Virus record (IMG/VR): IMGVR_UViG_3300042384_000288
Span: 32,001-96,000 of that record
DNA: 64,000 nucleotides
From: a virus
Direction: 5' to 3' (one strand)
Every line of letters starts with the position of its first letter. Positions within the stretch are counted from its first letter, which is position 1. Of this stretch, positions 52,388-61,676 are shown one piece after another. Below the pieces are notes generated by a model. The model was not told the origin of the DNA, did no database searches, and was given only the letters and a program-made list of their open reading frames with translations. A program made the translations under genes and the position numbers.

Positions 52388-52415
52388 ATTATACACTCTT
52401 TTACACTTTTGTCAA
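52388..52415 (-). promoter_or_regulatory. sigma70-like promoter
   Basis: TTGACA-16-TATAAT. Confidence 0.65.
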
Positions 52416-52499
52416 GTACTTTATGCAAAGCAAACACTTAATTTATAGAAATTTCAATAGGCATATTTTATCTGCGCTTTGTTGTTAATGTATGTAAAC

Positions 52500-52528
52500 A
52501 TTATACAGTCATTTTGCTAATTTGTCAA
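52500..52528 (-). promoter_or_regulatory. Consensus sigma70 promoter, in tandem with the previous one
   Basis: TTGACA-17-TATAAT. Confidence 0.75.
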
Positions 52529-52549
52529 TTGCTCAACTAAATAAGCTGT

Positions 52550-53668
52550 ATGAATGATATATTAATAGTAGAAATTTATAGTGCGTTAGTACTTTACGAA
52601 AAAATCGAATATGAAATTTTTGGTAATGAATTTTTGTACTGTTCAAAAGGGCTATTTGATGACTTTACTCAACTGCCCCAAGCTGATAAAAAAATTGCCG
52701 TACTTGGGGCAAATTATGTGTCTCATTCTTTTGATGTTGCACATGTTCCTGCGGTCGATTTGAGTATGTTTGATTTGTTGATAATTTTTGATCAAGAATT
52801 ATTGCCCGGTGATACCCCTGAAGAGTATTTAGAATTGACTCGAGCTCGATTTTCTATCGATAATGTAGTTATCGTTACCGGAGCAATTAAACAAAATATA
52901 ACGTTAACTATTGATAAAATTTTTGTATTTCCGTTATTTCTAATAGAAGTATCATATTCTAATACATACACAGAAAATACAACAACGAAATCAAAATTAT
53001 TTGACGCACTATTGGGAATAGAAAAACCTCATCGAGCTAAGATATTTGAAAAATTATGCACAACTAACTTACTCGATAAATCATACGTATCATTAATTAA
53101 TAACGACTACAAAGGTAATATATCAACAATATATTATTCACCAGAATTGCAACAACTTGAACAGGCTGAAGCTGTCCGGGCCAAAGAACTCAATAGTGGA
53201 GTTTTTAATTCGTACGAATATACACTTAGTCATCCTCGACTACCTCATATACGGTATCCAGTCTCTAGACAAATTCCTTCAAGTATCTATCAAAATAGTT
53301 ACTATAGTATCGTAGCAGAAACCAACTGGAATCAGTATGTATTTTCTACTGAAAAAACAGTAAAACCACTGTTTGCTAGGCGATTATTTGTTATGTTCAG
53401 CGCACAGCACCATTTAAAACAACTACAAGAGTACGGATTTAAAACATTTAGTTCAGTAATCGATGAATCGTATGACAATGAAGTTGATGATGAATTGAGA
53501 TGGGATATGGCCTTTGATCAAATTATTGCATTGAGCAACATGGATCCAATTTGGGTGCAGGAAAAAATTAAAGATATACTAGAACATAATTATACTTTAA
53601 TAAATGATAGAGCAAGACTTATTGCGCCAATAAGGGATTGGTTATTACCTCACATAAAGGCTAGTTGA
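52550..53668 (+). CDS. Hypothetical protein, EK..P..GFKTF..DESYD family; lone inverted gene
   Basis: YSIVAET...TEKTVKP...GFKTF..VIDESYD; TAAATA 6 nt upstream of the ATG. Confidence 0.6.
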   Translation: MNDILIVEIYSALVLYEKIEYEIFGNEFLYCSKGLFDDFTQLPQADKKIAVLGANYVSHSFDVAHVPAVDLSMFDLLIIFDQELLPGDTPEEYLELTRARFSIDNVVIVTGAIKQNITLTIDKIFVFPLFLIEVSYSNTYTENTTTKSKLFDALLGIEKPHRAKIFEKLCTTNLLDKSYVSLINNDYKGNISTIYYSPELQQLEQAEAVRAKELNSGVFNSYEYTLSHPRLPHIRYPVSRQIPSSIYQNSYYSIVAETNWNQYVFSTEKTVKPLFARRLFVMFSAQHHLKQLQEYGFKTFSSVIDESYDNEVDDELRWDMAFDQIIALSNMDPIWVQEKIKDILEHNYTLINDRARLIAPIRDWLLPHIKAS

Positions 53669-53676
53669 TAAGTCAA

Positions 53677-53970
53677 CTAGTTTATCTGCATTAGCACTTG
53701 ATATTGACAGTTGCAGTTAGGGTCAAATACCCATTGATATTGATATAAAGGAGTTGCACCCGGAGGGCTGATAACTTTAGGTGGTTGATTGATAATTAGT
53801 GGACGTTGCTGTTGGCTTTTAATTACATACCCAATTACTCCGCCAACAATCATTGGCGTAACCCATTCGGCATTGTTTCGATAATATTCGTGGGCAGATG
53901 CTATTGAACTAAACAACATAGTTGAAACAAAAAGTGCCGATACAATTTTCTTTTGACTTAATTTCCACAT
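53677..53970 (-). CDS. Small exported/membrane protein
   Basis: Signal-peptide-like N-terminus ending ASA, a Gly-rich hydrophobic stretch and a Pro-rich tail; TTGACA-17-TATAGT at 53998-54026. Confidence 0.65.
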   Translation of the reverse strand: MWKLSQKKIVSALFVSTMLFSSIASAHEYYRNNAEWVTPMIVGGVIGYVIKSQQQRPLIINQPPKVISPPGATPLYQYQWVFDPNCNCQYQVLMQIN

Positions 53971-54006
53971 AGTTTTGCTCCTATTAATAATAACTACACT
54001 ATAACA

Positions 54007-54351
54007 TCAAAGGCTTTGATTGTCAAGATATTTTTGTAGATCATTTGCATGAAGTGCTAACATTATAGCGTCACGCTCGCTAACAATATGTATAGTTTTA
54101 AGATTTTGCACGTAATATGGTTCTTTGAAATAACGTTCTAATTGAACCAAACATTTGGGACGGATGGCATGACTGAGGTTAAATTTGTGAAATTTAATTT
54201 GTTTTCGCACCTGCATATATGCATTTTGCGTCAATCGTAAACTGTTATGATTAGTTGGATTGTGCCACCAACTACTTGGACTAATTGAAAACGGACTTGT
54301 TTCGTGTAGTTTAGTCTGCCATTCTATCTGCAATCCAGTCCGGGTCAACAT
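54007..54351 (-). CDS. Hypothetical protein
   Basis: ORF in the operon. Confidence 0.65.
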   Translation of the reverse strand: MLTRTGLQIEWQTKLHETSPFSISPSSWWHNPTNHNSLRLTQNAYMQVRKQIKFHKFNLSHAIRPKCLVQLERYFKEPYYVQNLKTIHIVSERDAIMLALHANDLQKYLDNQSL

Positions 54352-54353
54352 AG

Positions 54354-54641
54354 TTAAGGATATATCTGTTCGCCTGCTCTTAACAATACCACACTAAATT
54401 TGTCGCATTTGAATAGAATATTAAGTTTTTTGGCCAAGTTAACAGCATGCCCGGGATTGCTGAATGAAACTTTCTTGTATTTGGGACCAGGATACGCTAC
54501 TAAAATGTTTTGTGTTTTAAGATTAATGGGTTGTTGGTCGTAGTAAACAGCCCAGATGCCTTCACAGTCAAGGATCTGATCACTTTTATAGTTAGATTTA
54601 TTAACGTGTTCTAACAGCACATTCGGCTTAGGTCTGCTCAT
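54354..54641 (-). CDS. Hypothetical phage protein (MSRPKP...)
   Basis: TAAATA 8 nt upstream of the ATG; YPGPKYKKVSFSNPGHA. Confidence 0.7.
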   Translation of the reverse strand: MSRPKPNVLLEHVNKSNYKSDQILDCEGIWAVYYDQQPINLKTQNILVAYPGPKYKKVSFSNPGHAVNLAKKLNILFKCDKFSVVLLRAGEQIYP

Positions 54642-54674
54642 AGTACATTTATTTATGCCAAATAACTGCGTATA

Positions 54675-54899
54675 TTACCTAAAGTCACCGCCATCCATTT
54701 GTACGCTGACAACATCCTGAGATTCTTGAACTTTTTTAATTTCTGCTAACTCCTGGATCTGTGCTAGCAATTCAAATATATCAGCTTGCAGATTCTGCGC
54801 ATCTAATTTACTTAACGTTAGCTCTTTGGCATTGGTTTGATTCATAACCTTAACACGATTATTAAACGCTTTAAGATGTAGACTTAGTTGTGATTCCAT
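54675..54899 (-). CDS. Hypothetical protein
   Basis: 74-aa ORF ending MDGGDF. Confidence 0.6.
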   Translation of the reverse strand: MESQLSLHLKAFNNRVKVMNQTNAKELTLSKLDAQNLQADIFELLAQIQELAEIKKVQESQDVVSVQMDGGDFR

Positions 54900-55362
54900 T
54901 TGCGATCCTCAATTGTTCTTGCATTTGTTCTTGTGTTTTATAAGGTCCTTGATAAGGATATCTATTAAGTGTAATTAACTTAGGGCAGTAACTTTTAACC
55001 CAGCCATTGTTGAATTTAACAATATAATATCCTGCACAAAAGAAACTTTTGCTTTTGTTGCCTTTGGTAAAGATAGGCAATCTGTGCTGTAAGTCCCAAA
55101 GGACATTTTGTGCGTTGTACTCACAGGGGTATCCGTAAACATCGTGCAGTTCTTTAACAGCCTTTTGTGGTTTGTTTTTGTCTACTATGATATTGTAGCG
55201 ATCACTTAACAGTTTCAAATTAGGAAACTGCTCACGATGTAGATCTGTTTGATTTACGTAAACAACACCTTTAGGGTTGGATAGGATAGTAGCAACTTTT
55301 TTGCCATTGTCCTCTACGATCCAGCATTTGTTTTTAACAATCTGTTTAGCTAGTAATGACAT
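54871..55362 (-). CDS. Hypothetical phage protein
   Basis: FTK..KSKS..CAGYY...CPKLITL.RYPY.GP.KT. Confidence 0.7.
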   Translation of the reverse strand: MSLLAKQIVKNKCWIVEDNGKKVATILSNPKGVVYVNQTDLHREQFPNLKLLSDRYNIIVDKNKPQKAVKELHDVYGYPCEYNAQNVLWDLQHRLPIFTKGNKSKSFFCAGYYIVKFNNGWVKSYCPKLITLNRYPYQGPYKTQEQMQEQLRIANGITTKSTS

Positions 55363-55711
55363 AGATAATTCCTATATATGTTAAGTAATGTAACCCTTGA
55401 TCGGTACCCATCCAAACCCAAAACATCTGATCTGCTGAAGTTAGCCCATAATTTAGTTGTTGTTTAGCCCAATCGATATGATAATGTATAAATCCATCTG
55501 CTAGAGCAAGCACGATAACGTCATTGGCATTTTGACAAAAGAATACTAAGATTAACAACGTCCATGCTGCATGTACCATACTGTGATGAACGCCACCTGT
55601 AGCACCATATATGCCTTTTTCATTAAGCATATATGTAAACTGCATCAGATAATCAGCAATAAAATGTTTAATACCAAACAGCACTAACAGTGTAAATACA
55701 GTTAAAGTCAT
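55346..55711 (-). CDS. DUF3307-like membrane protein
   Basis: KHFIADY..Q, H...H, HYHIDW.K, DQ.LH. Confidence 0.75.
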   Translation of the reverse strand: MTLTVFTLLVLFGIKHFIADYLMQFTYMLNEKGIYGATGGVHHSMVHAAWTLLILVFFCQNANDVIVLALADGFIHYHIDWAKQQLNYGLTSADQMFWVWMGTDQGLHYLTYIGIIYVITS

Positions 55712-55742
55712 TGTTTATCCTTGATTTTCATATGCTGTTGCG

Positions 55743-55904
55743 TTACCAATGTCTAATAACTCCAGCTATGATAAAACAGTTCGTGACAATATAGAAAACA
55801 ACGATCAGAGTTCTAATCATAGCGATACGATCTGCTTCTTGATTACTCTTTCCTTCTTTCTGTCCTAATGCCTTGGCCCAGATTCGCCACACTCGACTAA
55901 TCAT
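55743..55904 (-). CDS. Small membrane protein (53 aa), below the ORF-track cutoff
   Basis: MISRVWRIWAKALGQKEG...EADRIAMIRTLIVVFYIVTNCFIIAGVIRHW*. Confidence 0.7.
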   Translation of the reverse strand: MISRVWRIWAKALGQKEGKSNQEADRIAMIRTLIVVFYIVTNCFIIAGVIRHW

Positions 55905-55985
55905 TGTTTGTGTTAGCCTCTAATAAAAGTACTACGCGACTTAGGAGTTTCCCACCAATCAATGCGGTCTACTGTTACGTTTAGT

Positions 55986-56843
55986 TTAGACATTTATACC
56001 TCTGCAGGCGCCTTTACTTAATCCCTCTGAAACGAACAGGATAGTAACCCCTGCTTGTTTTAGTTGATGTTCGTATCTATCTATAACATAATCTACTAAG
56101 AATTCGACAGTAGTTTCTGTAGTAAGTTTGACTAGTTTTACATCTCCTACAAATTCCATACTCATCGGACCGCGCCCACAATGATATTCGATTAAATTTT
56201 CAGTAGGCATGTTATCTGCCCACGCAAAGATTACGCCATCTAAGTCTCGAGCAATTTCTGCTAATAATAAATCAGTTGCTAACGTGTTTGTAGTATTGGC
56301 TGCGATATAACTTAAATGTCCGTGACCAATATTTTGACACCCCCACGATGTAGATTCTTTTAATCCATGTACATATCTAAACATGTGTGGCATAGAGTTC
56401 AGTTGTGGCATTATATCAAAATTAGTAGTTAGAACGGTTTCTAACTCAATATCAACAGTTGGATGCTTTTTCTGTAGCGCCGATAAACAATAGTCATTGA
56501 AACTAGTTGAACTGGTAACTACTTTAACAATATTCTTTGGTCCGTAAATTTTAACTTTGGGAGTCACAATCGATACAGTGGCACCGGTAAATGTAATATT
56601 TCCTAGAGATTCTCCTTCAATCCACCATAGCTTATGATCGAATCCATCTTCGGTATCATCAATTGCTGCTTTAAGAGACTTTTTAACGGTAGAAAAATCA
56701 ACTACTACCTTTTCTACAGGATCTACTTTACCAGTTACGGTAAACTTTGGTCGGTATGACCCGCCGACTATATCACCTAAGTTATTAATATATGCGTGAT
56801 CTACATTAGTAGTATCACCTAAAAACATTGAACTTTTTATCAT
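55986..56843 (-). CDS. queD: QueD-like 6-carboxytetrahydropterin synthase (two-domain T-fold type)
   Basis: VVDFSTVKK...IDD...FDHKL in domain 1; HGLK....GCQNIGHGH and ETTVE in domain 2; queE and folE nearby. Confidence 0.65.
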   Translation of the reverse strand: MIKSSMFLGDTTNVDHAYINNLGDIVGGSYRPKFTVTGKVDPVEKVVVDFSTVKKSLKAAIDDTEDGFDHKLWWIEGESLGNITFTGATVSIVTPKVKIYGPKNIVKVVTSSTSFNDYCLSALQKKHPTVDIELETVLTTNFDIMPQLNSMPHMFRYVHGLKESTSWGCQNIGHGHLSYIAANTTNTLATDLLLAEIARDLDGVIFAWADNMPTENLIEYHCGRGPMSMEFVGDVKLVKLTTETTVEFLVDYVIDRYEHQLKQAGVTILFVSEGLSKGACRGINV

Positions 56844-56970
56844 TTTCTTTCCCACCTTTTAATTGACTAATCCTCATTTTTTGTTTTGTTTCCGCTGTAA
56901 TAATCTGTTTAGCTCGTGCTGCCTTTAATTTAGCTTTATGCTCTTCTGACTTTGGTTTTCCTTGTCTATT
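56815..56970 (-). pseudogene. NUMOD3-repeat relic of a homing endonuclease
   Basis: Start-less frame NRQGKPKSEEHKAKLKAARAKQIITAETKQKMRISQ directly after TAAATA (56980-56985). Confidence 0.65.
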
Positions 56971-57000
56971 TTACTATTATATTTAGGTTTTGTTTCAAAG

Positions 57001-57507
57001 TCAATTGATTATTTTGCCATCTTCGATAATTAATGGCCATAAATTTTCTACACTGTCGAACATGTAATGTATACGATCCGTATCATATCCATACGAGTTT
57101 AGTTTTTTAAGTATACGTTCGTTGTATTCTGGCGCCGCAAGTATTTGATGATGACTACGAGAATAGAACGAATGTAGTTTAAACTCACCATTGGCGTGAT
57201 GTGTGGCTAAGGCCATAATAGCACAAGCACTGTCACAATAGTCTACAGCATACCAATTAACTAGCCCGTGTTGATATACTGTATCCATAGCATCTAACAA
57301 ATCTTCACTGGTACCGCCAATCGATGTAACATAAAAATTCAACGTTTGGTTAGGATGTTGTCGAACTATGGTGATTATTTCATCGTATTCTTCTTTATGA
57401 AGTTTACCCACAACCCTATAGTCTTGCTCGCTGAGTTTGGTTATTTCCGGAGTGGCACAACCAATCAACATACAGGCTAGTATAAAAAAACTAGATAACT
57501 TTAGCAT
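57001..57507 (-). CDS. Putative lipoprotein with a ClpP/crotonase-like fold
   Basis: Lipobox LIGC; S.GG, CDSAC and a downstream His. Confidence 0.55.
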   Translation of the reverse strand: MLKLSSFFILACMLIGCATPEITKLSEQDYRVVGKLHKEEYDEIITIVRQHPNQTLNFYVTSIGGTSEDLLDAMDTVYQHGLVNWYAVDYCDSACAIMALATHHANGEFKLHSFYSRSHHQILAAPEYNERILKKLNSYGYDTDRIHYMFDSVENLWPLIIEDGKIIN

Positions 57508-58075
57508 CTTCTACGAGATACTCCATCTTACGCTGACGATCAATTAACTTAAAGAACAATGCTAGGGTATTAGCCGCATCAACATCTGCTCTGTGTGCTG
57601 TGCCTTTGAAATGCAGTTTGAACGCACCCATAGCACTAGCTAATCCACCACTAGGTTTCTTACCTCGAGCGAACATCAATAGGGTGTAGAATGTTTTAGT
57701 GTCGATCCAACGGCGACCAAAATGTGGGAAGTCCACACACTGCTTACTAAATTCTTCCAAGAGTTCTACGCTATCTCCACCACCCCATGTAACAGGATTG
57801 ACAAAACAGTTGTGTTCTTTAATCAGTGCGCCTAACTCTCTAGCTACCGTTTCGTGGCTAACACAATTGGCACTGATATCACTATCAGTAATACCGGTTA
57901 GATCATTGATAAATTGGCTAATTGGTTCGTTTGGATTTATATACCATTTCTTAGTAAAATAGTTTTCAAAGCGATCATCTGCCTTACCGATAGCTATACC
58001 AACCTGAATGATCTTACCACTAGGTTGATTTAGTTCTAGGTCTAATGCCAGGTACTTCTGTGATTTATCTATCAA
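57491..58075 (-). CDS. DEDDh 3'-5' exonuclease
   Basis: LDLE, LTGIT, WG..D, HRADVDA. Confidence 0.9.
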   Translation of the reverse strand: MIDKSQKYLALDLELNQPSGKIIQVGIAIGKADDRFENYFTKKWYINPNEPISQFINDLTGITDSDISANCVSHETVARELGALIKEHNCFVNPVTWGGGDSVELLEEFSKQCVDFPHFGRRWIDTKTFYTLLMFARGKKPSGGLASAMGAFKLHFKGTAHRADVDAANTLALFFKLIDRQRKMEYLVEDAKVI

Positions 58076-58368
58076 AATACTTCAATTCCCATCCACCACC
58101 CAAACATTAGATAAAATCCAACTTTGAGTAGTAACCACATAATCTTACAAATAAAAAAGTTTAAATTATAATCAATTAATAAAAATATACCAATAATTAC
58201 CAACGCCATGGGCAGCGGCATATCGCCGTTTGCTGATGCACCGCCAGCAGTAACCATTGGTGCTGGATCATTAATAGCATCAATAGTCTTACAAGCGTTA
58301 CAGGTATTGCCGTATCCGCTCCACGGCGTGCCACATCTAAAACAACTTCTAGGTGTAGTATATGTCAT
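58072..58368 (-). CDS. Zn-ribbon membrane protein
   Basis: CFRC...CNAC plus a hydrophobic C-terminus. Confidence 0.6.
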   Translation of the reverse strand: MTYTTPRSCFRCGTPWSGYGNTCNACKTIDAINDPAPMVTAGGASANGDMPLPMALVIIGIFLLIDYNLNFFICKIMWLLLKVGFYLMFGWWMGIEVF

Positions 58369-59390
58369 TATGCATTTACCAAATGATATAGCGTAACAGC
58401 CTCTGCAGGGTAGCTAGCACACATCCACTCTGCCATACTGCTAGCATTATCACTTAGTTTAACTAGGTCATACTTGCCACAGAATTTAAGGAATTGTGCT
58501 CCTACCATAGGACGATTAAGCACTAGAGCATTATCTTTGATAGTAGTTTCTATCATAAGTTTGTATTCATCTGGCTGTGCTGTTAGGTCTACTAGTTGTA
58601 CATTACGATGATAGTCATCTAACACACGATGCTCTTCACCGTTGTGATCAGTCCAACGTTGTAGCATTAGGTTATTCCAAGCGTACCCTTGACGATCTTT
58701 ATCAGCAAACGCTTCTTCTAGGCCAACTTTGTTCTTAGTGCCCTTAGTGCGTACACCGGGATAAGCACTAAAGATATTATCTGTAGGATCGCCACGCATA
58801 CACTTTTCAAATAAGATGAACTTAGGATTAGGAATCTTCTTAGGCTCTTTAGTTTTCTTATCGATAACTAGTTTGCCTTTCTTATCAAAGATACCTTCTA
58901 AGGTGTGTAACTCATCACTGATGCCGTTATATTGAACAACGTTTTCACTTAACAGTTGATAGAAGTCTGTGTCACTGCTGACAATAGTGTGATGGTCATT
59001 AGGGTGTGTTTGGATCCATCCGGCAATAAGATCATCTGCTTCTAAGTTTGCATGCTGTAATACTGTACAGTTAGTACGCTCACTTAAAAATGTTTTTAAA
59101 CTATCAAAGGCATCCCAGAACAGTTGTTCTTCTTCTTGCTCGGCTTCTGTTTTAGATGCACGTGCTACAGCACGATTAGCCTTATACGGAGTATAAAAAT
59201 CTTTACGCCAACTGCGCCCTTCTAAGCAGATGATAACGTGATCTGCTTTCTGATCGCGCCATGCCTTGTTAATACTGGCTAAAGTTACATGAATGGCAAA
59301 GCCTAACTTATCCCACGTGTCGCTTTGACGATGGGCACTGTGTCGGGCTCTAAAGAATGTGTTTGCTGCATCTACGATTAAGTATCTCAT
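58368..59390 (-). CDS. rnh: T4 RNase H-like 5'-3' exonuclease/flap endonuclease
   Basis: VDAANTFFR, SWRK...YKANR, EADD, SSDTDFYQL, GDPTDNI. Confidence 0.9.
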   Translation of the reverse strand: MRYLIVDAANTFFRARHSAHRQSDTWDKLGFAIHVTLASINKAWRDQKADHVIICLEGRSWRKDFYTPYKANRAVARASKTEAEQEEEQLFWDAFDSLKTFLSERTNCTVLQHANLEADDLIAGWIQTHPNDHHTIVSSDTDFYQLLSENVVQYNGISDELHTLEGIFDKKGKLVIDKKTKEPKKIPNPKFILFEKCMRGDPTDNIFSAYPGVRTKGTKNKVGLEEAFADKDRQGYAWNNLMLQRWTDHNGEEHRVLDDYHRNVQLVDLTAQPDEYKLMIETTIKDNALVLNRPMVGAQFLKFCGKYDLVKLSDNASSMAEWMCASYPAEAVTLYHLVNA

Positions 59391-59396
59391 GTAGCT

Positions 59397-59425
59397 ATTA
59401 TACTTTCTTACGATGAATTTGTCAA
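59397..59425 (-). promoter_or_regulatory. Consensus sigma70 promoter; probably leaderless mRNA
   Basis: TTGACA-17-TATAAT with 6 nt to the ATG. Confidence 0.75.
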
Positions 59426-60097
59426 GTGGTTATATAAAAAATTTGCCCAAGTAATATGTGCATCTGCTCTATAGTGATGGCTATCTTCAGCTACAGGTTT
59501 GTGATTCCACGCTTTTAACAGTTTGTAGTAAGACTGTGTGTGATCATATGGTTGGAAATAGTGACCTTGCCAATCTAGTTGTTCTGTTGGGGTTAATCCA
59601 CTATAAGTATTAAAAAATACATGTTGTATGTTTGAATCAATGAGACGTTGGTGTAACTCCCATATTTTCAACTGAGATTGATCTGAATATTTCTGTACAT
59701 CTTCTCTGCCAACAACCCATTCTTTATAACGTTGTTTAACTGCTTCTGGAAACAAATCGATAATCAATCCGGCACTGAATTGATATACAACATCGTCTAC
59801 TTCGACTTCTTCGCGCTCCCAAGTAGCCCAACCTATTACTACAATATTTGGTCTATATGCGTCTAAATAGTTATGAGTTGTACGTAGGATACGTGCATTG
59901 CTGCTACCACTTTCTGCTTGGCATACTAAAGTAGCCGAATATCTATCAGCTAGTATTTGTCCATAGCTAACTTTAAGATTGTCTGGATGAGGCAGCCTGC
60001 CTAAATGTGAATATAGTGGATCATCTTCAGCAAAGCAATGAGTGTTCATGGCTTCTGCACCAGCACTGTGACTATCACCGTTTACATATAGTATCAT
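59408..60097 (-). CDS. SGNH-like protein
   Basis: NGDSHSAG, SGSSNARI.R, IGW..W.R, C-terminal HY..DAH. Confidence 0.6.
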   Translation of the reverse strand: MILYVNGDSHSAGAEAMNTHCFAEDDPLYSHLGRLPHPDNLKVSYGQILADRYSATLVCQAESGSSNARILRTTHNYLDAYRPNIVVIGWATWEREEVEVDDVVYQFSAGLIIDLFPEAVKQRYKEWVVGREDVQKYSDQSQLKIWELHQRLIDSNIQHVFFNTYSGLTPTEQLDWQGHYFQPYDHTQSYYKLLKAWNHKPVAEDSHHYRADAHITWANFLYNHLTNSS

Positions 60098-60552
60098 TAG
60101 CTTATTTCCGTCCTACCATTGCCTATATCTTTACGACGGTCACGACGGTTGCTAGGATCAGCTTGTTCTTGTTGATAGGTCTCCATGACTACATTGCGAC
60201 ATACAGCACGAAACCAGTTATCTACAATGTCTTGATCTGTTTTACCTTGATATCCTGCTTTGATTAACCGTGCTACAAAAATATCATTCCAGTCTAATTC
60301 AAATGAACCTGCGCCGGGATCTTCTGAATTGATATCGATGCTTAATACTTCGACCCAAGGGTCACCAGCGGCAGTGGCACGAGCTTTTGGATCATTCTTT
60401 TTAGCTTCAGCTTCGGCTTTCTTAGCTTCTTTTTTAGCTTTAGCTTCAGCACGTTTTGCTTCAGCTTCTGCAGATGCTGATTGTCTTAAACGTTCTTCTT
60501 CATCACGTTTTGTTTTGCCTGTTAGCTTATCTATTAATTTTTTAATTACCAT
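60097..60552 (-). CDS. Hypothetical phage protein
   Basis: Likely start MVIKKL; FELDWN..F...L...GY.G..D..IVD.WF. Confidence 0.7.
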   Translation of the reverse strand: MVIKKLIDKLTGKTKRDEEERLRQSASAEAEAKRAEAKAKKEAKKAEAEAKKNDPKARATAAGDPWVEVLSIDINSEDPGAGSFELDWNDIFVARLIKAGYQGKTDQDIVDNWFRAVCRNVVMETYQQEQADPSNRRDRRKDIGNGRTEIS

Positions 60553-60553
60553 A

Positions 60554-61411
60554 CTATTTCCCCCAAGAATTGCCCCAAAGATCAACATGTAATCTCGGAC
60601 TGTAATAATAACCTCTGCGCATAGCTTCATCTGCTATGTTAAATTTGTTGCCATCATATACACTAACAACTCCGCCCACAGGCATAACATATACTACACC
60701 TTCGACGCCTGCTGATCTATAGCAACGTACAGCGTGATCTACTTCAGCAAAGTCTGCGGGAGTTTCTACTACAAACTTAAAGCATACTGTACCAAACTCT
60801 TGATACTCTTTAACTATTGCTGGCTTAACTGCATCTTCAAACTTCTCACCTGAAGCACTTAATTTGGCACTAACACTAAATGTAATCTCACGGTGATTGG
60901 CACGTTTCCAATGATATAGATATGCTTTGAAATCCTTATGTAGTTCTTGAGTACCATTGGTCTCAAAGGTAATATTCTTTAGGTCACGCATACTTTCATG
61001 TTCTAATAGTTCTTCGTAGCTACGTTGCCAACCTAATAAGGGCTCACCGCCTGTGATAACCAAGTGTACATCGTTACCGTTACACTGTTGCCAACGGTTA
61101 TTAGGAGTTAGTGCCAACATAGCATCAACTACAGCACTGGTTTCTAATATTGGACTCAGATGTTTAAACTTAGGATGCCACGCCGCATAGCTGTCACAAC
61201 CTGTATTGACCAAAGGTAAGTCTTCATATCTGTTGTACAATTCTACAGTTTTAGCAACTTCATCAGCCTCTGCACTGGCTGTGCCTCTGACCATACCAAA
61301 TCCGCTACAGGTAAAGTTACAGCCAAATGTACGTAAGAAAACTGAAGGAACACCTACATAGCGTCCTTCACCTTGTGCTGAATAAAATATTTCACTGACT
61401 TTAAGTTTCAT
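60554..61411 (-). CDS. queE: 7-carboxy-7-deazaguanine synthase (radical SAM)
   Basis: VSEIFYSAQGEG..G.P.VFLR..GCN..C...CD, ITGGEP, ETNGT, S.K, KFVV, PRLH..LWG. Confidence 0.85.
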   Translation of the reverse strand: MKLKVSEIFYSAQGEGRYVGVPSVFLRTFGCNFTCSGFGMVRGTASAEADEVAKTVELYNRYEDLPLVNTGCDSYAAWHPKFKHLSPILETSAVVDAMLALTPNNRWQQCNGNDVHLVITGGEPLLGWQRSYEELLEHESMRDLKNITFETNGTQELHKDFKAYLYHWKRANHREITFSVSAKLSASGEKFEDAVKPAIVKEYQEFGTVCFKFVVETPADFAEVDHAVRCYRSAGVEGVVYVMPVGGVVSVYDGNKFNIADEAMRRGYYYSPRLHVDLWGNSWGK

Positions 61412-61676
61412 ATAATTTTGACCATATTTTTAGTTTTTCAATCTTGTTTAATTTAGCTGTGTTTAAGTTATTTAGGTCAACAACGCCTTGCTCAATTAAA
61501 ATATCTACTAGAGCTAACATATCGCCAATTTCCATTTCTAAGTTGGCTCGCTGTGTATTACCAGATTTATGAGCGTTATCTAGGCCAAAACGATAGATCT
61601 TACTAGCTGCTTGTATTACTTCAGCGCACTCTTCTTGTAAAATGATCAATGCTTCTTGTGTTTTGTTAGCAATCAT
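61401..61676 (-). CDS. MazG-like NTP pyrophosphohydrolase
   Basis: QEECAEVIQA.SK..RFG...EIGD. Confidence 0.75.
   Translation of the reverse strand: MIANKTQEALIILQEECAEVIQAASKIYRFGLDNAHKSGNTQRANLEMEIGDMLALVDILIEQGVVDLNNLNTAKLNKIEKLKIWSKLYET

Noticed and set aside
55913-55993. 26-aa ORF MSKLNVTVDRIDWWETPKSRSTFIRG
   Set aside because: Plausibly coupled to the queD-like gene but too short and motif-free to support.
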